From Actinomycetota bacterium (GTDB taxonomy: Bacteria > Actinomycetota > Actinomycetes > Nanopelagicales > Nanopelagicaceae): a stretch of DNA of 33,733 nt. The stretch lies in assembly GCA_041158325.1 (NCBI GenBank), contig JBEBBQ010000105.1, forward strand, positions 1-33,733. Reading direction: 5' to 3'. A model generated the notes under the pieces. The model did not search any database, was not told where the DNA came from, and saw nothing but the letters and a program-made list of their open reading frames with translations. The position numbers and the translations under genes were made by a program. Below, in pieces: positions 1 through 9,341 of the stretch (position 1 is the first letter of the stretch; every line of letters begins with the position of its first letter).

Positions 1-699
1 GGCGTTCCTTTAGCCAAAGCGGCGGCACGAATCTCAATGGGAACGAAGATCGCAGAGTTGCGCAGTGAAGGTCTTCTCCCGGCAAGTGGTGATGGAGTCG
101 CAAAGGGCGTATCTGTAAAAGAAGCGGTACTTCCTTGGAATAGATTCCGTCGCACAGATGGTCGCGGCGTTGATGCGGTTCTTGGGCCAGAGATGCGCTC
201 AACTGGTGAAGTCATGGGAATCGCTGAAACCTTTGGCGAAAGTTATGCCAAGAGTCAGATCTCAGCCTTTGGTCCGCTACCAAAGACGGGTACCGTCTTT
301 GTTTCACTTGCAGATAAAGATAAGGAATCTGGATTAGCTCCGGCACGAGCGCTTCTTCAGCTCGGATTTAAATTGATTGCCACTGGGGGCACCGCTGACT
401 TCTTAGCTAACAACAACATTCTCGCCCAAAAGGTTCGTAAAAATTCTGAAGGAACAGGACCGTTGGGTGAGAGAACGATCGTTGAATTGTTAAATAGCGG
501 TGAAATTGATCTCGTCATAAATACGCCGGTTGGTCGCGGAACTCGCGCCGACGGTTGGGCAATTCGCACAGCAGCAGTCCAGCGATCAATTCCATGCATC
601 ACCACAACAGCGGGATTCAGCGCAGCAGTTGAAGGAATCAAGGCGTTGCAACGTGGGGATTTATCGGTTCTGCCAATTCAAGAATGGTTGATGAAGTAA
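1..699 (+). CDS. carB: Carbamoyl-phosphate synthase large subunit, C-terminal part (5'-truncated by the window)
   Basis: The frame is open from base 1 (GVPLAKAAARISMG...). Motifs include VKEAVLPW, LGPEMRSTGEVMG and an MGS domain (ATGGTA, DLVINTP, DGWAIR). It lies upstream of the pyr genes. Confidence 0.97.
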   Translation, partial: GVPLAKAAARISMGTKIAELRSEGLLPASGDGVAKGVSVKEAVLPWNRFRRTDGRGVDAVLGPEMRSTGEVMGIAETFGESYAKSQISAFGPLPKTGTVFVSLADKDKESGLAPARALLQLGFKLIATGGTADFLANNNILAQKVRKNSEGTGPLGERTIVELLNSGEIDLVINTPVGRGTRADGWAIRTAAVQRSIPCITTTAGFSAAVEGIKALQRGDLSVLPIQEWLMK

Positions 700-1547
700 T
701 GACGACGATTAATCGAGGTGCCACTCATATCTTCGCCACAGTGCTGGCTAACAAGCGCGTTGGTCAATACCACCAGATTCTTCTCGGCGTTGGTGATCTA
801 GTAAAAGCCTGCAAGCCTGGAAACTTTGTTGCAATAAAAGTTGGTGGTGACTCATCCCGAATGATTCTTCGTCGCGCCTTTGCTATTTCGCGCGTTGCAG
901 AAAGCACTTCCTTCGGTGGAACGATGGAGTTAATCGCAGCTCCGCACGGGAGCGGTTCGCAATGGTTATGTTCGCAACCCGAAGGTGCTGAGATAGATAT
1001 CGTTGCGCCTCTTGGGACTGCGTTCGGAATACCAACGTCACCGGTCAACGCTCTCTTAGTAGGCGGAGGCTATGGTTCCGCCCCGCTCTTCGGGCTTGCA
1101 GAGGTTTTGAAATCTCGCGGATGCAAAGTAGATATGTTGCTTGGGGCATCTACTGGCGCGAAGATCTACGCTCCTATGGAGGGAAAGCGCTCAGTTAATT
1201 CGCTCAAGATTTACACTGAAGATGGAACTATGGGGCAGACCGGTCGAGTCACTGAACCAATCGTCGATCTCATTAAATCAGGTAGCGTCGATGTGATTTA
1301 TTCCTGCGGTCCGATGGGAATGTTATCTGCAATCTCAAAACTCACAGAGGCTACAGATGTAGTTCATCAGTGTGCCGTCGAAGAAGCGATGGCCTGCGGC
1401 ATCGGTATTTGTATGACTTGTGTATTGCCAGTTAAAGGTAGCGATGGACAAGTCTCTATGTTGCGTTCTTGTATTGATGGACCAGTTATGGATGGCGCGG
1501 ATGTTCAGTGGCATTTGGTAGGACAAACGCCGCAGGTGCAGCAATGA
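699..1547 (+). CDS. pyrK: Dihydroorotate dehydrogenase electron-transfer subunit (FAD/[2Fe-2S])
   Basis: Motifs LRRAFAI, VGGGYG, YSCGP and the Fe-S motif MACGIGICMTC...SCIDGPV. The ATG at 699 overlaps the carB TAA, so it is preferred over the ORF-track start at 684. Confidence 0.92.
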   Translation: MTTINRGATHIFATVLANKRVGQYHQILLGVGDLVKACKPGNFVAIKVGGDSSRMILRRAFAISRVAESTSFGGTMELIAAPHGSGSQWLCSQPEGAEIDIVAPLGTAFGIPTSPVNALLVGGGYGSAPLFGLAEVLKSRGCKVDMLLGASTGAKIYAPMEGKRSVNSLKIYTEDGTMGQTGRVTEPIVDLIKSGSVDVIYSCGPMGMLSAISKLTEATDVVHQCAVEEAMACGIGICMTCVLPVKGSDGQVSMLRSCIDGPVMDGADVQWHLVGQTPQVQQ

Positions 1548-2497
1548 ACTCATCTGTCGCAGAAAACTTCGACTTTTCCACCACTCTCGGAAATGCATAT
1601 TTCGCTTCACCAATATTTACGGCAAGTGGTTGTGCTAGCTCAGGAAAAGAGTTGTCGCAGTTCTTCCCGCTAAATCAGATAGGTGCAGTTGTCACAAAGT
1701 CGGTCATGAACAAGCCACGTCATGGACGACCAACACCACGCATGGCGGAAACTCCATCGGGAATGCTCAACTCAATCGGTCTACAAGGTCCAGGAATTGA
1801 TGCCTTTCTTGCCAATGACGTGCCTTGGTTGGTTGAAGAAAAGGCGCGAGTAATTGTTTCAATCGCGGGGGAGACAGTTGAGGAGTACGCAACCTTGGCG
1901 CGCAAGGTTCGCTCAGTTGCTGGCATTAGCGCTCTGGAAGTAAACATTTCCTGTCCCAATGTTGAAAATCGCGGCCTTGTATTCGCCTGTGATCCAGAAG
2001 CTTCACGCCGAGTAATTGATGGGGTTCGCAGAATAATTGGCGGAGATCTTCCGATCATCGCCAAGTTATCACCGGATGTAACAGATCTTCCTTCGATCGC
2101 GGCGGGTGTAGTTGAATCCGGAGCTGATGCACTTGCCTTGATCAACACTGTTCTTGGAATGGTTATTAATGTCGACTCGATGCGTCCACACCTTGGTGGA
2201 AAGACCGGTGGACTTTCTGGACCTGCAATTCGTCCCGTTGCGGTTCGCGCTATCTATCAGGTTCATCAGGCGCTACCGAACGTTCCGATTCTCGGAATGG
2301 GTGGTGTAACAAGCGGTCGCGATGCCTTCGAACTCATTCTCGCCGGAGCATCTGGAGTATCTGTAGGAACAGCTAGCTTCGGAAATCCACATGCACTTAT
2401 CGATATTCAAAACCAACTGCAGCAGATTCTGATAGCTAAGGGATTTTCTTCACTTAAGTCAGCGGTTGGTTACGCGCACAGAACGGATGCGCCATGA
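1544..2497 (+). CDS. pyrD: Dihydroorotate dehydrogenase, family 1B catalytic subunit
   Basis: Motifs TASGC, MLNSIGLQGPG, NISCPN (catalytic Cys), KLSP and GGLSGPAIRPVA. ATGA overlap with pyrK at 1544-1547. Confidence 0.95.
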   Translation: MNSSVAENFDFSTTLGNAYFASPIFTASGCASSGKELSQFFPLNQIGAVVTKSVMNKPRHGRPTPRMAETPSGMLNSIGLQGPGIDAFLANDVPWLVEEKARVIVSIAGETVEEYATLARKVRSVAGISALEVNISCPNVENRGLVFACDPEASRRVIDGVRRIIGGDLPIIAKLSPDVTDLPSIAAGVVESGADALALINTVLGMVINVDSMRPHLGGKTGGLSGPAIRPVAVRAIYQVHQALPNVPILGMGGVTSGRDAFELILAGASGVSVGTASFGNPHALIDIQNQLQQILIAKGFSSLKSAVGYAHRTDAP

Positions 2498-3198
2498 AAG
2501 CACCGATTATTCTTGCAGTTGATACCTCTGATTTTGATACAGCGCTGGCGTGGATAGAAAACACAAAGAGCTCAGTATCGGTCTATAAGTTGGGGCTCGA
2601 GTTCTACCTAAACTTCGGAAGCGCTGGCGTATCTCGAATTATCGAAGAAACTGGCGCTGAGATCTTTCTAGATCTTAAATTGCACGATATTCCGCATACT
2701 GTTGCAGGAGCAGCAAAAGCGATCGCACATTTATCTCCGAAGTTTTTAACGGTTCACGCAAGCGGTGGGCGTGAGATGGTTAAAGCTGCAGCTGCTGCAG
2801 TTCCGGAAGTTAGCGTTACCGCTGTAACCATCTTGACCTCGCTATCTGAAGAAGATCTTTTCGAAGTTGGTTTTGCAAGTCTTGCTCTAGAAAGCGCAGT
2901 CGCGTTAGCAAAGATGGCGGTTTCAGCTGGCGCAAAGTCGTTGGTCTGTTCGCCGCTGGAAACAGCAGCGATTCGCAGTGCAGTTGGTACAGAGCCAACA
3001 ATCATTACTCCAGGTGTGCGACCACTAACAGAAGTTGGATCGGACGATCAGAAGCGAACAATGACGCCATCTGATGCAATTGCGCAAGGTGCTAATTATG
3101 TTGTGATCGGTCGCCCAATAACTTCAGCCTGGAGCCAAGGTCCACACGCGTTGCGCGATAAAGCCGCAGCGATTGCTAGCGAAATTCTCAGTAACTAG
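2494..3198 (+). CDS. pyrF: Orotidine-5'-phosphate decarboxylase
   Basis: Motifs FLDLKLHDIPHTV, TPGVRP, DDQKR and VIGRPIT. ATGA overlap with pyrD. Confidence 0.97.
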   Translation: MKAPIILAVDTSDFDTALAWIENTKSSVSVYKLGLEFYLNFGSAGVSRIIEETGAEIFLDLKLHDIPHTVAGAAKAIAHLSPKFLTVHASGGREMVKAAAAAVPEVSVTAVTILTSLSEEDLFEVGFASLALESAVALAKMAVSAGAKSLVCSPLETAAIRSAVGTEPTIITPGVRPLTEVGSDDQKRTMTPSDAIAQGANYVVIGRPITSAWSQGPHALRDKAAAIASEILSN

Positions 3199-3201
3199 AC
3201 T
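3196..3201 (+). promoter_or_regulatory. Putative -10 box (TAGACT) of a leaderless mIHF-gmk transcript
   Basis: TANNNT 7 nt before ATG 3209, with no SD. The TAG is also the pyrF stop codon. Confidence 0.6.
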
Positions 3202-3208
3202 TTCACAC

Positions 3209-4087
3209 ATGCCGACGCCTCCACAGTTAACTCCCGCACAGAGATCAGCGGCGTTGGCCAAATCCACTGCGGCTCGTCAGGTTAGAGCGGCGATCAAAGC
3301 ACGTGTAAAGGCAGGCGAACTTTCTCTTTCTGCGATTCTGACCCTTGCGGTAAATGATGAAGCGATAGCCAAGATGCGTGTAGCCGAACTCCTAGAATCT
3401 TTTGCAGGCGTGGGCAAAGTTCGCGCTTTAGCCATTCTTGAGAAGTTGAATATTTCCCCAAATCGAAGAATTCAAGGTTTGGGAGTTTCACAGCGCGAGA
3501 GCTTATTAAAGGAATTTCCTGATCGGGTAGCTGCTGCACAACGCGGTAAACTTCTGGTTCTCTCTGGTCCTGGGGGAGTCGGCAAGAGTACTGTTGCAAA
3601 AGTTTTACGAGAGTCCGGAGAATTCTGGGTTAGCATTTCCGCAACTACAAGGACTGCCCGCCACAACGAAGTAGATGGCGTGGATTACTTCTTTTACACC
3701 GATGAAGAATTTGATAACGCAGTAAAGTCTGCCCTTTTCTTGGAGTGGGCAAATTTTGCGGGCGCACGTTACGGAACTCCTCGCAAGCCGGTTGAAGATG
3801 CGCTTCGCGACGGTAAGAGCGTTCTTCTTGAAATTGAAATTGCTGGTGCCAAGCAAGTTAAAGAACGTGCCCCTGAAGCGTTACTTGTCTTTCTCGAACC
3901 GCCATCATGGGAAGAGTTAGTTTCACGGTTAGAAGGTCGCGGTACTGACTCACCAGAGCGACGGGCTGCACGTTTAGAGTTGGCTCAAGAAGAGCTAGCC
4001 CAGGCTGATTTTTTCGATATTTCCTTGGTAAATGAGCGAGTAGAAGAGGTCGTCGCTCACCTGATAGCATTGGTTACTCAACGCTAG
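3209..4087 (+). CDS. gmk: Fusion protein: actinobacterial integration host factor (mIHF/sIHF) domain plus guanylate kinase
   Basis: aa 1-103 are mIHF-like (PQLTPAQRSAALAK...KMRVAELLESFAGVGKVRA...ISPNRRIQGLGVSQRESLL). After a ~10-aa linker come the Gmk motifs LSGPGGVGKST, SISATTR, EVDGVDYFF, FLEWA, YGTP and VFLEPPS. There is no in-frame stop. Confidence 0.93.
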   Translation: MPTPPQLTPAQRSAALAKSTAARQVRAAIKARVKAGELSLSAILTLAVNDEAIAKMRVAELLESFAGVGKVRALAILEKLNISPNRRIQGLGVSQRESLLKEFPDRVAAAQRGKLLVLSGPGGVGKSTVAKVLRESGEFWVSISATTRTARHNEVDGVDYFFYTDEEFDNAVKSALFLEWANFAGARYGTPRKPVEDALRDGKSVLLEIEIAGAKQVKERAPEALLVFLEPPSWEELVSRLEGRGTDSPERRAARLELAQEELAQADFFDISLVNERVEEVVAHLIALVTQR

Positions 4088-4090
4088 GAT
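4085..4090 (+). promoter_or_regulatory. Possible -10 box (TAGGAT) for rpoZ, overlapping the gmk stop codon
   Basis: TANNNT at the start of a 72-bp spacer. rpoZ has a GGAGG SD at 4150-4154. Confidence 0.4.
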
Positions 4091-4159
4091 CCCTGTTCTT
4101 CAACGGTTTCCGAGCAAATTACTTTTAGAAGCAGTTAGCAATTATTACTGGAGGCTCAA

Positions 4160-4408
4160 ATGGACGGCATCACTAATCCACCAATCGACGAACTTCTCGA
4201 GAAGAGCGGTTCTAAGTACAGCCTCGTTCTCTATGCGGCAAAGCGTGCGCGTCAGATCAACGCTTACTACTCGCAACTCGGAGAAGGCTTACTTGAATAT
4301 GTTGGTCCGCTAGTTGAGACCCATGTTCATGAAAAACCTCTCTCAATCGCGCTACGCGAAATCAACGAAGGTCTCTTGACCATCGAAAACCTCGAGCCAA
4401 CTGCTTAA
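4160..4408 (+). CDS. rpoZ: RNA polymerase omega subunit
   Basis: [49 protein letters not shown] present; gmk-rpoZ-coaBC-metK synteny. Confidence 0.97.
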   Translation: MDGITNPPIDELLEKSGSKYSLVLYAAKRARQINAYYSQLGEGLLEYVGPLVETHVHEKPLSIALREINEGLLTIENLEPTA

Positions 4409-4420
4409 TTAACCTTTAAT

Positions 4421-4426
4421 TAGGTT
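4421..4426 (+). promoter_or_regulatory. Putative -10 box (TAGGTT), leaderless coaBC
   Basis: TANNNT 6 nt before ATG 4433, with no SD. Confidence 0.55.
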
Positions 4427-4432
4427 TAAGTC

Positions 4433-5629
4433 ATGGCGCGCGCTCGAGAAGTAATTCTCGGAGTTGGCGGAGGCATCGCTGCCTATAAATCTTGTGATCT
4501 ACTTCGTCGTCTGCAAGATCGCGGCTATCTAGTAACTGTTGTTCCAACTCCATCAAGTCTTAACTTCGTCGGTACAGCCACCTGGGAAGCGCTTTCTGGC
4601 AGACCGGTTACGACACAAGTTTGGGAACGCGTTGATGAAGTTCGGCATATTTCGCTTGCCAAGGAATCGGATTGCGCAATTATTGCGCCGGCTACCGCCG
4701 ACCTCATTGCTCGAATCGCAGCTGGTCGCGCTGACGACCTACTAACAAATTTGATACTCGCAATAGATGTACCAATTCTTGTCGTACCTGCGATGCATCC
4801 ACAGATGTGGCTCGATCCGGCAACTGTGGCAAACGTGGCGACCCTTAGATCACGTGGATTTAAAGTTATGGAACCTGAAGTGGGCCGACTTACTGGTGCT
4901 GACATCGGTCCTGGCAGATTTCCTGAAACTGCAGCGATCATCGAAAACTTTGAACTTGCGATTGGAGCAAAGAAGGATTTCTTAGGTCGCAAAGTTCTTG
5001 TCACGGCTGGTGGAACGCGTGAGGCGATAGACCCGGTTCGCTATATCGGAAACCGCTCTAGCGGACGACAGGGTGCTGCAGTTGCTAGCGCTGCGTTAAA
5101 TCGTGGCGCAGAAGTTACATTGATAATGGCAAATTCACAGTTAACCGAAGATGAGTCTCGAGCCCTACAAGGAGTTCGAGTTATACCTGTTGAAACCGCA
5201 ATTGAAATGCATCATTATCTGGAAGAAGAATTTCCAAAGACCGATGTATTGGTGATGAGCGCGGCGGTTGCAGATGCCAGACCCTCGCAGTATTCAGAGG
5301 GCAAGATAAAAAAGGGCGATCTGCAACAGATTGAACTATCTGAGAATCCAGATCTACTTAAATCTATAGCCCGTCTAAGGGAGAAACAGATAGTCGTTGC
5401 CTTTGCCGCAGAGACATCTTTGGATATTGAGATCGCTAAAGCAAAGTTAGTGGCCAAAGGCGCTAATATTCTCTATCTAAACGATGTTTCAGAGGGCGCC
5501 ATATTTGGTGCTAAAGAAACACAAGGAATTGTTATAACGAGCAATGGCGCTCAAATAGAAGTACCAAGATCAAGCAAGGACTCGCTGGGCGAACTTCTCC
5601 TCGACCAAGCCCTTATTCAGTTAGGTTAA
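4433..5629 (+). CDS. coaBC: Bifunctional phosphopantothenoylcysteine decarboxylase / phosphopantothenate-cysteine ligase
   Basis: Motifs [45 protein letters not shown] and FAAET. Confidence 0.96.
   Translation: MARAREVILGVGGGIAAYKSCDLLRRLQDRGYLVTVVPTPSSLNFVGTATWEALSGRPVTTQVWERVDEVRHISLAKESDCAIIAPATADLIARIAAGRADDLLTNLILAIDVPILVVPAMHPQMWLDPATVANVATLRSRGFKVMEPEVGRLTGADIGPGRFPETAAIIENFELAIGAKKDFLGRKVLVTAGGTREAIDPVRYIGNRSSGRQGAAVASAALNRGAEVTLIMANSQLTEDESRALQGVRVIPVETAIEMHHYLEEEFPKTDVLVMSAAVADARPSQYSEGKIKKGDLQQIELSENPDLLKSIARLREKQIVVAFAAETSLDIEIAKAKLVAKGANILYLNDVSEGAIFGAKETQGIVITSNGAQIEVPRSSKDSLGELLLDQALIQLG
5622..5627 (+). promoter_or_regulatory. Putative -10 box (TAGGTT) within the last coaBC codons, leaderless metK
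   Basis: TANNNT 6 nt before ATG 5634, with no SD. Confidence 0.55.
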
Positions 5630-5633
5630 TCCC

Positions 5634-6824
5634 ATGTCAAAGCGTCTATTTACCTCCGAATCTGTAACTGAAGGCCATCCAGATAAGATCGCAGATCAGA
5701 TCTCTGATGCAATCTTAGATTCGCTTCTTTCTCAAGATCCTTCAAGCCGCGTTGCAGTTGAAACTCTCATCACTACCGGTCAGGTTCACGTTGCAGGTGA
5801 AGTAACAACAAATGGTTATGCAGATGTTATGGGCATCGTTCGTGACACAGTCATTGGTATCGGATATGACTCGTCTGTTAAGGGTTTTGACGGAAATAGC
5901 TGTGGTGTTTCGATCTCTATCGGTCAGCAATCTCAAGATATCGCCCAAGGTGTAGACGACGCTTACGAAAATCGCGTGGCATCTTCTGCCGATCCGCTAG
6001 ATCTGCAAGGCGCAGGAGATCAAGGTTTGATGTTCGGCTACGCTTGTGATGACACTAAAGAGTTGATGCCACTACCGATCTGGTTGGCTCACGAGCTTGC
6101 TCAACAACTATCTAAGGTTCGTAAATCAGGAGCCCTTGGGTATCTACGGCCAGATGGTAAGACTCAAGTAACAATTGAGTACGACGGCGACAAGGCAGTT
6201 GCGCTAGATACAGTTGTTATCTCAAGTCAGCATGCTGAAGAGGTAGATGTTGCAAAGAAGCTAACCCCTGAAATCATTGAGCACGTTATCGAACCAGTTC
6301 TTTCAAAGATTGATCTACCTCGCAAAGATATGCGCACGCTGATCAACCCAACGGGACGTTTCGTAATCGGCGGTCCTATGGGAGATGCTGGACTTACTGG
6401 TCGCAAGATCATCGTAGATACTTATGGCGGAATGGCTCGCCATGGTGGAGGAGCGTTCTCCGGTAAAGATCCTTCAAAGGTTGACCGTTCTGCTGCATAT
6501 GCAATGCGTTGGGTAGCAAAGAACGTCGTCGCTGCAGGACTTGCGCTTCGTTGCGAGGTTCAAGTTGCATACGCAATCGGAAAGGCTCAGCCAGTCGGAG
6601 TCTTTGTTGAAACTTTCGGAACTGAAACTGTTCCGGTGCAAAAGATTCAAGACGCCGTCACAACGGTCTTTGATCTACGGCCTGCCGCGATCATTCGCGA
6701 TCTGAATTTACTTCGTCCAATTTATTCGCAAACCGCTGCGTATGGCCACTTTGGTCGCGAACTCCCTAACTTCACTTGGGAATCAACTTCGCGAGTCGAT
6801 GCGCTACGCGCTGCTGTTAACTAA
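5634..6824 (+). CDS. metK: S-adenosylmethionine synthetase
   Basis: Motifs [19 protein letters not shown] and [16 protein letters not shown]. Confidence 0.99.
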   Translation: MSKRLFTSESVTEGHPDKIADQISDAILDSLLSQDPSSRVAVETLITTGQVHVAGEVTTNGYADVMGIVRDTVIGIGYDSSVKGFDGNSCGVSISIGQQSQDIAQGVDDAYENRVASSADPLDLQGAGDQGLMFGYACDDTKELMPLPIWLAHELAQQLSKVRKSGALGYLRPDGKTQVTIEYDGDKAVALDTVVISSQHAEEVDVAKKLTPEIIEHVIEPVLSKIDLPRKDMRTLINPTGRFVIGGPMGDAGLTGRKIIVDTYGGMARHGGGAFSGKDPSKVDRSAAYAMRWVAKNVVAAGLALRCEVQVAYAIGKAQPVGVFVETFGTETVPVQKIQDAVTTVFDLRPAAIIRDLNLLRPIYSQTAAYGHFGRELPNFTWESTSRVDALRAAVN

Positions 6825-6838
6825 AGAGAAGTAACGCC

Positions 6839-8722
6839 GTGGCTACGGCGCGTCCACTTCGCTTAAAGCGAGAAGAAGTAAAGCGAGTAGACAGCGCTCA
6901 GGCGCAGCGCGATCCCTACGTAAGAGTTTGGGTTGATACCTCGGTAAGCCATTTAGACGGCACATACGACTACTTAGTACCTGAACGACTCTCACTATCA
7001 GTAAAGCCTGGTATTCGAGTAGGGGTTCCTTTTGCTGGACGCGATGTCGAAGCCCTAGTTCTGGAGCGATCAGATAAGAGCGAGATCACCAATCTAAAGT
7101 TCATCTCATCTGTGATTTCAGAAGAGCTAGTTGCGACCCCAACTCTAATCACTCTAATTTCATCTATATCCAAGCGTTGGATCTGCAACCCGTACGATCT
7201 CATCAGAAGCGCCGTTCCAGTTCGCGTGGCGAGCGTCGATAAGATCTTTGCTAGTGAGGCCAGAAGTTCTAAGGGTAGAGATTTGGTGGAGAAGGTAGAG
7301 GGTGAAACAACCTATCTCCAGCTCTCTCCTCATGAAGATCCATTGAATCGGCTCAGTGAATTTGCAGTTAAGGCGCAAAGTAAAGGATCGGTGCTCATAG
7401 TCGTTCCAGAGGATCGTGAATTAGAACTGCTCAAGATAGAACTACCTGATGCACTTGTTTTGACTTCATCTCTATCCCGCACAGACCGATATCAGAATTA
7501 TCTGACGGCCATTAGCGGTTTAAATCAAATTATTATCGGTACTAGAAGTGCAATCTTTTTGACTCCGTCTGATTTGGCTACGCTTATTATCTATCGTGAA
7601 AATTCCCAAAGTCACTATGAACCAAGACATCCAGGCTGGAACGTCCGGGATCTCGCCCTGCTTCGTCAAAGACAAGAGAAGTTGAATCTTTACTTCGTTG
7701 GCTACTCTCCATCGCTTGAGATGGCGCGTTCGATCGAGTCCGGCGCGATTAAATTCTTGACCAAGAAGGCGCGACTACAAGTATCTACATTCCCGCAAAG
7801 TGGATCAGAGCTGCTTCCAGAGCGAATCTTTTCTCCCATCCGAAGCGCCTTAAAGTCGGGGTCGGTTCTTTTCTTAGTGCCAAAGAAGGGCTACGCGAGT
7901 GCGCTGATGTGCAAGAAGTGTCGCAATCTGGCGATCTGCACTTGTGGTGGAAAACTCTCGCGCTCGAGCCAAAGCTCTCCACCTGCTTGTGTTCACTGTT
8001 CAACGACCTTCTCTACATGGAAATGCAAATGGTGCAACGAGGATAAGTTGGTTTTGCTTGGTAGGGGAGCGATCCGTCATGCTGAAGAAATCGGAAGAGC
8101 TTTCCCAGGATTCCCTGTAATTAATTCGGATGCCGATACACCGGTTCACGAAGTCACGGGCGAGAGTTCACTAGTGATTGCAACGCAAGGAATGGCGCCA
8201 AGGTGTGAAGGTGGATATTCGGCCGCGGTGCTACTTGAAGGTGGATCTTTCTTTTCTTACTCTGACTTGCGAGGTCAGGAACGTTCTCGCGAGGCGTTCT
8301 TTGAGGCGGCGGGGCAGGTAAAAACAGGAGCACCGGTTTTAGTTGCAATCGATAGCAGTCATCCGATAAACGCTGCACTTGCTAGTTGGAATCCAGCGCA
8401 TATGTATAAACGTGAACTGGCTGATCTTGAATCGTTAAACCTTCCACCTTTTACCCGATCCTTGACGGTGGATTTGTCTACCTCTGAAGCGAGTATGGTT
8501 GCGGAAGGATTAAAGAAGGCTCTGCTTGATTCGCGTATTCCCGCATCAACAAAGGTTTTGGGGCCATCAATACGAGGCGGAGATAAGGCGAGAATTATTT
8601 TGACTGCTTCGGAAAATGGCTTCTCTGATTTAACGCAGTTTGTAGGTGAATTTGTAAAGCATCGCGCCATCGCCAAGAAAGAGTCGATACAAGTGCGAGT
8701 AGACCCTTATTCACTCTCCTAA
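6839..8722 (+). CDS. priA: Primosomal protein N' (PriA), actinobacterial form with degenerate helicase motifs
   Basis: N-terminal LDGTYDYLVP..GIRVGVPF, GTRSAIF, an 8-Cys Zn region (CKKC..CTC..CVHC..CKWC), LPPF, VLGP and C-terminal VRVDP. GTG start; metK-priA-def-fmt synteny. Confidence 0.88.
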   Translation: MATARPLRLKREEVKRVDSAQAQRDPYVRVWVDTSVSHLDGTYDYLVPERLSLSVKPGIRVGVPFAGRDVEALVLERSDKSEITNLKFISSVISEELVATPTLITLISSISKRWICNPYDLIRSAVPVRVASVDKIFASEARSSKGRDLVEKVEGETTYLQLSPHEDPLNRLSEFAVKAQSKGSVLIVVPEDRELELLKIELPDALVLTSSLSRTDRYQNYLTAISGLNQIIIGTRSAIFLTPSDLATLIIYRENSQSHYEPRHPGWNVRDLALLRQRQEKLNLYFVGYSPSLEMARSIESGAIKFLTKKARLQVSTFPQSGSELLPERIFSPIRSALKSGSVLFLVPKKGYASALMCKKCRNLAICTCGGKLSRSSQSSPPACVHCSTTFSTWKCKWCNEDKLVLLGRGAIRHAEEIGRAFPGFPVINSDADTPVHEVTGESSLVIATQGMAPRCEGGYSAAVLLEGGSFFSYSDLRGQERSREAFFEAAGQVKTGAPVLVAIDSSHPINAALASWNPAHMYKRELADLESLNLPPFTRSLTVDLSTSEASMVAEGLKKALLDSRIPASTKVLGPSIRGGDKARIILTASENGFSDLTQFVGEFVKHRAIAKKESIQVRVDPYSLS

Positions 8723-8768
8723 TGGCCGTAACTAGACGTTAAAAAGTTCTTTCACTACTGCGCTGAGA

Positions 8769-8774
8769 TAGACT
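8769..8774 (+). promoter_or_regulatory. Putative -10 box (TAGACT), leaderless def
   Basis: TANNNT 6 nt before ATG 8781, with no SD. Confidence 0.6.
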
Positions 8775-8780
8775 GCGCAC

Positions 8781-9341
8781 ATGTCTATTCAACCGATCCG
8801 CCTCTTTGGCGATCCAGTGCTGACTACTCCAGCGGCTGCGGTTATCGACTTCGATAAAGAGTTGCGTACGCTGGTAGAAGACTTAACTGACACGATGCTA
8901 GAAGCGCCGGGTGCTGGTTTAGCGGCGCCGCAAATAGGTGTCCCGCTGCGAGTATTTGTTTGGGACGTTGATGAAGCTATTGGCCACCTGATTAATCCGA
9001 CGTTGGATTTAAGCGTAGAACTTCAAGAGGGCGAAGAAGGTTGTCTATCGTTCCCAGCGTTGAGCTATGAAACACCGCGCGCTTTTCGGGCAGTGGCGAA
9101 GGGATTTAACATGTACGGCGAACCAATTACTGTTGAAGGGACAGAGTTATTGGCGCGCTGCCTACAGCATGAAACCGATCATTTAGATGGCATCGTGTTT
9201 ATAGATCGACTATCTGCCCAAGATCGTAAATTGGCGATGAAAGAGATTCGCGAATCAGAATGGTTCGGCACCGCTTTAGAGGGCGCAAGCAGCCCAATCA
9301 TAAAAACTTCACCGCATAATATGTTCGGGAAGAGCATTTAG
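8781..9341 (+). CDS. def: Peptide deformylase
   Basis: Motifs GAGLAAPQIG, EGCLS and QHETDHLDG. Confidence 0.98.
   Translation: MSIQPIRLFGDPVLTTPAAAVIDFDKELRTLVEDLTDTMLEAPGAGLAAPQIGVPLRVFVWDVDEAIGHLINPTLDLSVELQEGEEGCLSFPALSYETPRAFRAVAKGFNMYGEPITVEGTELLARCLQHETDHLDGIVFIDRLSAQDRKLAMKEIRESEWFGTALEGASSPIIKTSPHNMFGKSI

Noticed and set aside
4088-4159. 72-bp rpoZ leader as a possible structured RNA or small ORF
   Set aside because: It has only weak pairing and no convincing small ORF, so it is treated as a plain 5' UTR with an SD.
4411-4426. Small inverted repeat AACCT-TTAATT-AGGTT after rpoZ
   Set aside because: A 5-bp AT-rich stem is too weak to call a terminator, and the right arm is explained by the coaBC -10 box.
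4880-4925. CoaC substrate clamp [12 protein letters not shown] lacks the Cys of the E. coli-type LACG motif
   Set aside because: It matches the usual actinobacterial CoaBC sequence and is not a sign of inactivation.
8759-8779. TGCGC...GCGCA inverted repeat flanking the def -10 box
   Set aside because: The arms are only 5 bp, which is expected by chance.
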